Source: Pseudomonadales bacterium (GTDB taxonomy: Bacteria; Pseudomonadota; Gammaproteobacteria; Pseudomonadales; UBA5518). Taken from it: a stretch of 64,000 nt of DNA. The DNA lies in assembly GCA_024234165.1 (NCBI GenBank), contig JACKOP010000003.1:577809-641808 (forward strand), given 5' to 3'. This document shows positions 1 to 8,338 of the stretch, piece after piece (within the stretch, counting starts at the first letter, position 1; each line of letters starts with the position of its first letter). The notes beneath the pieces are model-generated. The model ran no database searches. It worked only from the letters and a program-made list of their open reading frames with translations, and had not been told where the DNA came from. The position numbers were made by a program, and so were the translations under genes.

Positions 1-995
1 ACGACGAACTCCTTGCCGCAGACGAGGGCGGTGTGGTGCAGCGCCTCGCCGTGCGCCTGGGGCGGGCGAAGCGCCAGCCGGTGACCGGCCTCTATATGTG
101 GGGCGGCGTGGGGCGGGGCAAGACGCACCTGATGGACCTGTTCTTCGAGAGCATTCCGTTCAAGGAGCGGTTGCGCACGCATTTCCACCGATTCATGCAG
201 CGTGTGCATCGCGAGCTGCGTGACTGTGCCGGCGAGAAGGATCCGTTGCGTCTGGTCGGGGCGCGTATTGCGCGCGAGGCGCGGTTGCTGTGCTTCGATG
301 AATTCTTCGTCGCCGACATTACCGACGCGATGCTGCTCGCCGGGCTGTTCGAGGAGCTGTTCGCACGTGGCGTGACGCTGGTCGCCACGTCCAACGTGGC
401 TCCTGACGATCTGTACCGCGACGGACTGCAGCGTGCCCGTTTCCTGCCGGCGATCGAGATGATCAAGCGCCACACGCGGGTGATCGACGTCGACGGTGGC
501 ATCGATCACCGGCTGCGTGTGCTCGAGCAGGCCGAGCTGTACCACAGCCCGCTCGACGATGCTGCCGAAGCAAATCTGATGCGCTGCTTTGCCAGCCTGG
601 CGCCGGAGACTCCGGTTGCGGAGTGTGTGCTCGAAGTCGAGGGGCGCCCGATACGTGCGCGCTACTGTGCCGATGACGTGGTCTGGTTCGACTTCGACGA
701 TGTGTGTGACGGACCGCGCAGCCAGAACGACTATATCGAGCTGGCTCGTGAATACCATGCCGTGCTGATCGGTGGTGTTCCGGTGTTCACTGCCGAGACG
801 GACGATCAGGCGCGGCGTTTCATCAACCTCGTCGACGAGTTCTACGATCGCAACGTGAAGCTGGTGCTGGCGGGCGCGGCGCCGCTTGCCGAGCTCTACG
901 CCGGCGGCAGGCTGGCGTTCGAGTTCCGGCGCACCGTGAGCCGTCTGATGGAAATGCAGTCTCACGAGTACCTGGCGCGCGCGCACCGTGCGTGA
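1..995 (+). CDS. zapE: Cell division protein ZapE / AFG1-family ATPase, 5' end outside the window
   Basis: ORF 33..995 stays open to the window edge. Walker A GGVGRGKT and Walker B LLCFDEF are present. It sits upstream of rplM-rpsI, as zapE does in other gammaproteobacteria. Confidence 0.85.
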   Translation, partial: DELLAADEGGVVQRLAVRLGRAKRQPVTGLYMWGGVGRGKTHLMDLFFESIPFKERLRTHFHRFMQRVHRELRDCAGEKDPLRLVGARIAREARLLCFDEFFVADITDAMLLAGLFEELFARGVTLVATSNVAPDDLYRDGLQRARFLPAIEMIKRHTRVIDVDGGIDHRLRVLEQAELYHSPLDDAAEANLMRCFASLAPETPVAECVLEVEGRPIRARYCADDVVWFDFDDVCDGPRSQNDYIELAREYHAVLIGGVPVFTAETDDQARRFINLVDEFYDRNVKLVLAGAAPLAELYAGGRLAFEFRRTVSRLMEMQSHEYLARAHRA

Positions 996-1083
996 AAATT
1001 CCCGCCATCGAACTTGTGGCAGCAAAAGCCCGTGGTGTAAGATTCGGCCCCTTTTCCGGGCACCTTACCCGTCGAGGTTTGAA

Positions 1084-1512
1084 ATGAAGACATATTCCGC
1101 CAAACCCGGCAGCGTCGAACAGTCGTGGTACGTCGTCGACGCCAGCGGCAAGACGCTGGGTCGCATGGCCAGTGCGATCGCCTCGCGGCTGCGCGGCAAG
1201 CACAAGCCCGAGTTCACACCGCACACGGACACGGGTGACTACATCGTCGTCGTCAATGCCGGAAAGGTGCGTGTGACCGGTGACAAGGCGAAATCGAAGA
1301 TCTATCACCACCATACCGGCCATCCCGGCGGGCTGAAGTCGATAAGCTTCGAGAAGCTGATCGAGAAGGCGCCGGAGCAGGCGATCGAACTGGCGGTACG
1401 CGGCATGCTGCCGAAGAATCCGCTGGGTCGCGCGATGGCGCGCAAACTGAAGGTCTACGCCGGCGGCGACCATCCGCACGCCGCGCAGCAACCGCAAGCA
1501 CTGGAGCTCTGA
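1084..1512 (+). CDS. rplM: 50S ribosomal protein L13
   Basis: The ATG at 1084 inside ORF 988..1512 gives MKTYSAKP...WYVVDA..GKTLGR, a typical L13 N-terminus, 142 aa. Confidence 0.97.
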   Translation: MKTYSAKPGSVEQSWYVVDASGKTLGRMASAIASRLRGKHKPEFTPHTDTGDYIVVVNAGKVRVTGDKAKSKIYHHHTGHPGGLKSISFEKLIEKAPEQAIELAVRGMLPKNPLGRAMARKLKVYAGGDHPHAAQQPQALEL

Positions 1513-1525
1513 CTGGGACGCACAC

Positions 1526-1918
1526 ATGGCAGCCACGCAGTATTACGGAACCGGACGACGCAAGACCGCCACTGCCCGGGTGTTCCTCCGGCAGGGACGC
1601 GGCAGCATCTCGATCAATGACCGCCCGCTGGAACAGTACTTCGGGCGTGAGGTTGCGCGCATGATCGTGCGCCAGCCGCTCGAGCTGCTCGGGTTGGGCG
1701 AGAAGTTCGATGTGCAGGTGTCGGTCGCTGGCGGTGGCAGCTTCGGTCAGGCCGGCGCGATCCGCCATGGCATCACGCGTGCGCTGATCGAATACGACGA
1801 AACATTGAAGCCGACGTTGCGCCAGCAGGGCTACGTGACCCGCGATGCGCGCGAGGTCGAACGCAAGAAGGTCGGGTTGCGCAAGGCACGCAAGCGCCCT
1901 CAGTACTCGAAGCGCTGA
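1526..1918 (+). CDS. rpsI: 30S ribosomal protein S9
   Basis: 130 aa with GTGRRKTA near the N-terminus and the characteristic C-terminal [11 protein letters not shown]. It follows rplM directly. Confidence 0.97.
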   Translation: MAATQYYGTGRRKTATARVFLRQGRGSISINDRPLEQYFGREVARMIVRQPLELLGLGEKFDVQVSVAGGGSFGQAGAIRHGITRALIEYDETLKPTLRQQGYVTRDAREVERKKVGLRKARKRPQYSKR

Positions 1919-2123
1919 TCGACCTTCTGTCTGCTGTCAGGCCCATTTGGACATGCCGCCACATTGGGCCGGTCAGCGATGTTCCCTGCAGGTTGAACCC
2001 GGGCAGGATGATCCGAGGGTATATCGCCTGCAAGCAGGCCTGAGGGCGGCGATGGCATAGCGCACGTGCAGAACCACGACACCACGACCGCGCCTTGGGA
2101 CGCTGTCGAGGCATGAGCCATCG

Positions 2124-3896
2124 ATGAGACCGTCCTATCTCCGGATCCCGGCCCTGGAAGTGCTGCGCGGCTACCGCACCAGCGATGCCCGCGGCGACCT
2201 GCTCGCCGGCCTCTCGGTCGCTGCGGTTGCAGTACCCCAGGCCATGGCCTACGCGATGGTCGTCGGGCTGCCGCCCGAGGTGGGGCTGTGTACCGCGATC
2301 ATCATGACAGCCGTCGGCGCAGTCTTCGACTCGTCGCGACAACTGATCAACGGTCCGACCAACGCCATCTCGATCGCGCTGCTGAGCGCGGTCGGTGCCA
2401 TCGTCGACCCCGGAGAGCGCCTGCAGGCCGTGGTGCTGATGGCGTTCATGATCGGCAGCATCCAGCTGGGCATCAGCCTGCTGCGACTCGGTGATCTGAC
2501 ACGCTATATTTCGCATTCGGTGATCGTGGGCTTTACCGCCGGCGCGAGTCTGTTGCTTGTCCTCGACCAACTGAAGAACCTGCTGGGCCAGCGCGCGGTC
2601 GGCGACGTTCATGACCACTTCCTGCTCCGGGTCTATCACTCGCTGGTCGCTGGCGGCGACGTGCACCAGCCTACGGTCTACATCGGTCTTGCGTCGATAA
2701 CGCTGGTGGTCGCGCTGCGTTGGCTGAAGCGGCGCTGGTCCTGGGTGCTGCTGCCCGAATTCCTGCTGGTCGTGCTGGTCATGGCGGGGCTCAGCGCCTA
2801 TTTCGACTTTGCCGCCATGGGAGTGAAGGTGGTTGGCACCATCCCGGCGACCCTGCCGCGACCCGAAATGCCCGTGCTCGATGTGGCTCTCATGGAAGAG
2901 CTCGCCACGCCGGCGCTCGCCATCGCGCTGCTCGGGCTGCTGGAGGCCATTTCCATGTCCAAGGCCATTGCTGCGGTCACCCGACAGAAGCTCGACCTCA
3001 ACCAGCAATGCCTGTCCGAAGGCATGGCCAATATCGTCGGCTCGTTTTTTTCCTGCATGCCGGGCTCGGGGTCACTGACCCGCTCGGCCATCAACCAGCA
3101 GGCAGGGGCGCGTACCCAGTGGTCCGGGGTGATCTCTGCCATCGCAGTCGCTGTCGTCATGGTCGTGCTCGCACCCTACGCGGCCTTCATTCCGCGCCCG
3201 GCGCTGGCGGGGCTCCTGATCGTCACCGCCGCCGGCATGATCAATTTCCACGATCTGCGCTTCCACCTGCGAGTGACTCGCTACGATGCGATCATCGTGA
3301 CGGTAACGGCCGTCACGGCCTTTGCCATTTCCATCGAGTTCTGCATCCTGATCGGGACGTTCCTTTCTTTCATGCTTGCCGTCCCGCGCGCGGGCAACAT
3401 GCACATGACTGAGTTCATCCCGGCCGAGGACGGCATCGTTCACGAGCGGTTGCCGGAGGACGACGCCTGCCCGCGGATCCGGATTTACGGATTCGAAGGT
3501 GAATTCTTCTTTGCCGCTGGCACCAACATCGAGCGTCACATGGAGCGCATCGAGGAGCAGGTCGACGCCAACACGCAGGTAGTCGTGCTGCGCATGAAGC
3601 GGGCGCGCAACCCGGACGCCGTGGGCATGGCGCAACTCGAGGGACTGTGTGATCGCCTGTCGGCACGTGGCATCCGGGTGCTGCTCTGCGGAGTTCGGCC
3701 GCAGATGCACCAGGTGATGCAGCGTTGCGGCATCATCGGGAAAATCGGGACGGCGAGTATTTTTCTCGAACAGAATATCCGTCAGACCAGCACGATGCAG
3801 GCGATGCACCATGCCGCTACGCTGAGCCAAGGTGGCTGTGGCTCTTGTCCGCTGCAGGGAGAGCGGCCGGCTCCGCATGTCGGGCCGTCGCGGTGA
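2124..3896 (+). CDS. SulP-family anion transporter with C-terminal STAS domain
   Basis: 590 aa. The multi-TM N-terminal region has SulP-like motifs (GLSVAAVAVPQAMAYA, QCLSEGMANIVGSFFSCMPGSGSLTRSA). The soluble STAS-like C-terminus includes VVVLRMKRARNPDAVG. Confidence 0.85.
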   Translation: MRPSYLRIPALEVLRGYRTSDARGDLLAGLSVAAVAVPQAMAYAMVVGLPPEVGLCTAIIMTAVGAVFDSSRQLINGPTNAISIALLSAVGAIVDPGERLQAVVLMAFMIGSIQLGISLLRLGDLTRYISHSVIVGFTAGASLLLVLDQLKNLLGQRAVGDVHDHFLLRVYHSLVAGGDVHQPTVYIGLASITLVVALRWLKRRWSWVLLPEFLLVVLVMAGLSAYFDFAAMGVKVVGTIPATLPRPEMPVLDVALMEELATPALAIALLGLLEAISMSKAIAAVTRQKLDLNQQCLSEGMANIVGSFFSCMPGSGSLTRSAINQQAGARTQWSGVISAIAVAVVMVVLAPYAAFIPRPALAGLLIVTAAGMINFHDLRFHLRVTRYDAIIVTVTAVTAFAISIEFCILIGTFLSFMLAVPRAGNMHMTEFIPAEDGIVHERLPEDDACPRIRIYGFEGEFFFAAGTNIERHMERIEEQVDANTQVVVLRMKRARNPDAVGMAQLEGLCDRLSARGIRVLLCGVRPQMHQVMQRCGIIGKIGTASIFLEQNIRQTSTMQAMHHAATLSQGGCGSCPLQGERPAPHVGPSR

Positions 3897-4208
3897 TGCC
3901 GGCCCGGCAGGACACGGAGGCAGCAAAGCCGCCACCCGCTCGTGGATCGGGCCGGGCCGGTGACGCTTGGGCACGGGGTGTCGCGATTGGGGCGACTGGT
4001 TTCGTCCGACGCATGCGGGTGCTTCGATCGGCGGTCGGAAGGTAGTCCGTATGCCCTGGTCATCTGCTGGATCATGGCGGGAGACCATTCTGGCCGACCA
4101 TGGGAAGGCCGTTTCTTGTAACAACCCTGGTTTTTCTTTAGCATTCCGTCCGCAAAATTCACCGGACTACACGGTGTTGCATCCATCCAGGATCGGAGAC
4201 TTCCCCTC

Positions 4209-4811
4209 GTGAGCAATCAAGGCGTTAACAAGAAGCGACGGCAGTTCCTGACCGCCGCCACTTCGGTGGTGGGTGCGGCAGGCGTCGTCGGTGTCGCGGT
4301 GCCGTTTGTGGCCTCCTGGAACCCGAGCGCGAAGGCGCGGGCGGCCGGCGCACCTGTGAAAGCCGATATCAGCAAGCTCGAACCCGGTCAGATGGTCGTC
4401 GTCGAGTGGCGTGGCAAGCCGGTCTACGTAGTCAGGCGCACGACGGAGTCGCTGGAATCGCTCAAGCAGCAGGCACTGATCGACCGACTGCGCGATCCCC
4501 AGTCGCAGGAGTCGGTGCAGCCAAAATACGTCGATCCGGTGCAGCGTTCGATCCGGCCCGAGTACCTGGTCCTGCTCGGCTTGTGCACGCACCTTGGATG
4601 CGCGCCGAAGTATCGTCCCGATGTGGGGGCAACCGATCTGGGCGGCGCGGACTGGCTGGGTGGGTTCTTCTGTCCGTGCCACGGGTCCAAGTTCGACCTC
4701 GCGGGACGTGTCTTCAAGGGCGTGCCCGCGCCCACCAACCTCGAAGTGCCGCCATACAGCTACGAGGGAGACAAGGTTCTGGTAATCGGCGTTGATCAGG
4801 AGACCGCATAA
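4209..4811 (+). CDS. petA: Ubiquinol-cytochrome c reductase Rieske iron-sulfur subunit
   Basis: GTG start. Twin-arginine signal RRQFLTAAT. Rieske boxes CTHLGC and CPCHGS. The TAATG junction links it to the next ORF. Confidence 0.95.
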   Translation: MSNQGVNKKRRQFLTAATSVVGAAGVVGVAVPFVASWNPSAKARAAGAPVKADISKLEPGQMVVVEWRGKPVYVVRRTTESLESLKQQALIDRLRDPQSQESVQPKYVDPVQRSIRPEYLVLLGLCTHLGCAPKYRPDVGATDLGGADWLGGFFCPCHGSKFDLAGRVFKGVPAPTNLEVPPYSYEGDKVLVIGVDQETA

Positions 4812-6793
4812 TGAACTGGCTGATTGGTCTGCGGGACTGGGTCGATGCGCGTCTGCCGATCGTACGCGCGTGGGACACCCACATGGGCAAGTACTACGCG
4901 CCCAAGAACTTCAATTTCTGGTTTTTCTTCGGCGTGCTGTCGCTGCTGGTGCTGGTCAACCAGCTGCTGACGGGCGTCTGGCTGACGATGAGCTTCGAGC
5001 CCTCGGCCGAACGCGCGTTCGCATCGGTCGAATACATCATGCGCGACGTGGAATACGGCTGGCTGATCCGCTACATGCACTCCACAGGTGCTTCGGCGTT
5101 CTTCGCAGTCGTCTATCTGCACATGTTCCGCGGACTGCTCTACGGCTCGTACCGCAAGCCGCGCGAGCTGGTGTGGATCTTCGGCATGACGATCTACCTC
5201 GCGCTGATGGCGGAAGGCTTCCTCGGGTACGTGCTGCCCTGGGGCCAGATGTCGTACTGGGGCGCGCAGGTGATCATCTCGCTGTTCGGTGCGATTCCGT
5301 ACTTCGGTGAGGACATCGTGCAGTGGATACGCGGTGACTACCTGATCTCCGGTATCACCCTGAACCGTTTCTTTGCACTGCATGTGGTCGCGGTGCCGAT
5401 CATTCTGCTCGCACTGGTGTTGCTGCACATCCTGGCATTGCACGAGGTCGGTTCGAACAACCCCGATGGGGTCGAGATCAAGAAGAACAAGGACGCCAAC
5501 GGTGTGCCGCTCGACGGCGTGGCGTTCCATCCGTATTACACCGTGCACGATCTGGTCGGGATCTCGGTGTTCCTGTTCGTGTTCTGCACCGTGTTGTTCT
5601 TCTTCCCCGAGATGGGCGGCTACTTCCTCGAACACGCGAACTTCGAACAGGCGGATTCACTGAAGACCCCCGCGCACATTGCACCGGTGTGGTACTACAC
5701 GCCGTTCTATTCGATGCTGCGGGCAGTACCGGACAAGTTCGGCGGTTTCGTGGTGATGGCGGCAGCCATTGCGATCATGTTCGTGCTGCCGTGGCTCGAT
5801 CGCAGCCCCGTGAAGTCGATTCGCTACAAGGGTGTGCTGAGCCGTGCGGCAATCGTGATCTTCGCGGCATCGTTCATCATCCTCGGCGTTCTTGGCGTGA
5901 AGCCGCCGACCCCTGCGCGCACTGCGCTGGCGCAGGTGTGCACCGTTCTCTATTTCGCCTTCTTCCTGCTGATGCCGTTCTATACGCGCATGGAGAAGAC
6001 GCAGCCGGAGCCGGCGCGCGTCACGATGGACGGCGGCATCGGACCGGTGAAGTTCGTCGGGGCACTGGTGCTGGTCGGCCTGCTTGCGTTCCTGCCGCTG
6101 AAGGCGGTGGGCTCGGAAGCCGAACTTTCGTGCGGAACGATCCAGTGCGACTCGTTCCAGGCCGATCTGCACGACAAGGAGTCGCTGCAGCGCGGTGCGA
6201 AGTACTACATGAACTACTGCATGGGTTGCCATTCGCTGAAGCATGCGCGGTACGAACGCACCGCGCTCGATCTGGGCATACCGGTCGAACTCGCCGAGCA
6301 GTATCTGATCTTCGACAATACGAAGATCGGCGATCTGATGCAGAACGCGATGCCGGTGCCGCTGGCGAAGAAGTGGTTCGGTGCGCCACCACCCGATCTC
6401 ACCCTGATCTCGCGTGCGCGTACACCGGAGTGGATTTATACGTACCTGCGCAATTTCTACCGTGACGATTCACCGGCCCGCCCATGGGGTGTCAACAACC
6501 GCGTGTTTGCGGACGTTGCGATGCCGCACGTGATGGCCGAGTTGCAGGGAGTACCGGAATGCGTGGCAGCAGGTGAGCACAAATGCGCCACGCTCGCGGT
6601 GGGGCAGGCCGGCAGCATGACCAATGCGGAGTTCGACGCAGTGGCGGCTGATCTGACCAATTTTCTCGCCTACGTTGCCGAGCCGATGGCGCTCGAACGC
6701 AAGCGACTCGGTGTCTATGCACTGCTGTTCGTGGTGGTCTTCGGCGTATTTGCCTACTTGCTGAATCGCGAGTACTGGAAAGACGTGCATTGA
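4811..6793 (+). CDS. petBC: Fused cytochrome b / cytochrome c1 (single 660-codon ORF)
   Basis: Residues 1 to ~400 are cytochrome b (multiple TM helices, heme-ligand His pairs, APVWYYTPFY). With no stop codon the ORF continues into a signal-like hydrophobic stretch. It then enters a c1 domain with CMGCH (nt 6218-6232) and a C-terminal TM anchor. There is an in-frame ATG at 6026. Confidence 0.85.
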   Translation: MNWLIGLRDWVDARLPIVRAWDTHMGKYYAPKNFNFWFFFGVLSLLVLVNQLLTGVWLTMSFEPSAERAFASVEYIMRDVEYGWLIRYMHSTGASAFFAVVYLHMFRGLLYGSYRKPRELVWIFGMTIYLALMAEGFLGYVLPWGQMSYWGAQVIISLFGAIPYFGEDIVQWIRGDYLISGITLNRFFALHVVAVPIILLALVLLHILALHEVGSNNPDGVEIKKNKDANGVPLDGVAFHPYYTVHDLVGISVFLFVFCTVLFFFPEMGGYFLEHANFEQADSLKTPAHIAPVWYYTPFYSMLRAVPDKFGGFVVMAAAIAIMFVLPWLDRSPVKSIRYKGVLSRAAIVIFAASFIILGVLGVKPPTPARTALAQVCTVLYFAFFLLMPFYTRMEKTQPEPARVTMDGGIGPVKFVGALVLVGLLAFLPLKAVGSEAELSCGTIQCDSFQADLHDKESLQRGAKYYMNYCMGCHSLKHARYERTALDLGIPVELAEQYLIFDNTKIGDLMQNAMPVPLAKKWFGAPPPDLTLISRARTPEWIYTYLRNFYRDDSPARPWGVNNRVFADVAMPHVMAELQGVPECVAAGEHKCATLAVGQAGSMTNAEFDAVAADLTNFLAYVAEPMALERKRLGVYALLFVVVFGVFAYLLNREYWKDVH

Positions 6794-6947
6794 TGAAGAG
6801 GGTGCGGGTCGCCCGGGCGGCTCGCACCAGGCCGATGACGGTGCATGCAGGTGTGCATGGTGCGATTGCCGTGCGGCTGACGACGCACTCGACAGTGATG
6901 TTGGCGAGTTCGGCCAGGAACTCGTTGCCTGCGCTTCAGGTCCCAAG

Positions 6948-7331
6948 ATGAAATCGAGCCGACCCTACCTGGTGCGTGCGCTGCATGAGTGGATCGTCGA
7001 CAACGGCTGTACGCCGTATCTGCTGGTCGATGCGATGGCCAGGGGCGTCGATGTGCCGCAGCAGTACGTGAAGAACGGGCAGATCGTATTGAACATTTCA
7101 CCGACGGCCGTCGGTGGCATCACGATGGGCAATGAGGAAATCCGTTTCCGCGGCCGATTCGGCGGGGTTGCGATCGACATCCTCGTTCCCGTCGCTGCAG
7201 TGCTTGGAATCTATGCGCGGGAGAATGGCCAGGGAATGGTCTTCGATCCGGAGCCGCCGGACACGCCTGAACCGCCCGGGATCGACGACCCGAGCCGTTC
7301 GGGGAAACCTTCGTTACGCGTGGTGAAATAG
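6948..7331 (+). CDS. sspB: ClpXP adaptor / stringent starvation protein B
   Basis: 127 aa. The N-terminus SRPYLVRALHEWIVDNGCTPYLLVDA is the conserved SspB signature. The C-terminal tail is acidic/Pro-rich and ends LRVVK. Confidence 0.9.
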   Translation: MKSSRPYLVRALHEWIVDNGCTPYLLVDAMARGVDVPQQYVKNGQIVLNISPTAVGGITMGNEEIRFRGRFGGVAIDILVPVAAVLGIYARENGQGMVFDPEPPDTPEPPGIDDPSRSGKPSLRVVK

Positions 7332-7334
7332 CAC

Positions 7335-7928
7335 TCAAGCGGATCCGAACAGGCGGATTTCGAGCAGTTCTGCCAGGGCGTCCAGCAGCAACTGCTGACA
7401 CTCCAGCACCCGCAAGGGATCCTGTAGCGGCACCTGCAATTCGACGTCCTCACGCGCGAGGATGATCGGTGCGTGCTCGCCGTCGTCTGCCGAGAGTACG
7501 AGGACGCGCATTTCGCGCAAGTGCGCAGCGCTGATCGCAGGTCCCAGCACGGAGACGTTCCTGGAACCCTGGACAAGTACCAGCACGTCGCCGGGTTGGC
7601 CCAGCGCGCGCACCTGGCGCGAGAAGACGTTTGCAACCCCGTAAGATTCCGCAATCGCACCGCTCGCCGTGTGTTCGGCACCGATCAGGATCGCGGGCAA
7701 CGCGGGTCGATCCATGTGAGTGCGGTTCAGCAGTACGGCGGCGAAACCCTGGGCCAGTGCGGAGCTGATGCCCACCCCGCAGACGAGGATGCGGTGACCG
7801 GACAGCAGACTGTCGCCAAGCAGGTCGACGGCACGCGATACCTCCGTGTAGAGCACGTCGAGAGTGCGATAGACCGCATCCACGTGGGCTGCGAACAGTG
7901 CCTGCAGGGGGTCGTCGATCTGGTCCAT
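7335..7928 (-). CDS. diaA: SIS-domain protein of the DiaA / GmhA family
   Basis: The ATG at 7928 inside ORF 7335..8471 gives 197 aa with the SIS motifs ILVCGVGISSALAQ and GDVLVLVQGSRN. It lies in the conserved yraL-yraM-yraN-yraO arrangement. Confidence 0.7.
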   Translation of the reverse strand: MDQIDDPLQALFAAHVDAVYRTLDVLYTEVSRAVDLLGDSLLSGHRILVCGVGISSALAQGFAAVLLNRTHMDRPALPAILIGAEHTASGAIAESYGVANVFSRQVRALGQPGDVLVLVQGSRNVSVLGPAISAAHLREMRVLVLSADDGEHAPIILAREDVELQVPLQDPLRVLECQQLLLDALAELLEIRLFGSA

Positions 7929-7945
7929 GTGAAAACTCCCCAAGC

Positions 7946-8338
7946 TCAGTCGAAGATACCGCGGATCCAGGTAGTGCGCGGTGTGGCGACGCCAGGCGCT
8001 CCGTCGATCGCGAACAGGTCGAATCGCAGCGGCTGGCGTTGCAGCGATGGATGCCAGGCGATGAACAACGCGGCACTCGCCTGCAGGCGGCGTCGCTTCG
8101 TCGCACTGATGGTTTCGACGGCGCTGCCGAAGCGTGCGCTGGCGCTGGCGCGTGCGCGCACCTCGACGAACACGAGTGTATCGCCATCGCGCATCACGAG
8201 GTCGATTTCGCCGAGGCGGCAGCGGAAATTGCGCGCGACGAGCCGCAATCCCTGTGTGCTCAGTTGCTGCAGCGCATGATCTTCTGCCGCACGACCTATG
8301 GTTGCTGAGTCGGTTGCATGCCGGCTTCGGTGCTCCAT
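7946..8338 (-). CDS. yraN: YraN-family (UPF0102) endonuclease-like protein
   Basis: The ATG at 8338 inside ORF 7946..8734 gives 130 aa containing GEIDLVMRDGDTLVFVEVRAR, typical of YraN. Confidence 0.85.
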   Translation of the reverse strand: MEHRSRHATDSATIGRAAEDHALQQLSTQGLRLVARNFRCRLGEIDLVMRDGDTLVFVEVRARASASARFGSAVETISATKRRRLQASAALFIAWHPSLQRQPLRFDLFAIDGAPGVATPRTTWIRGIFD

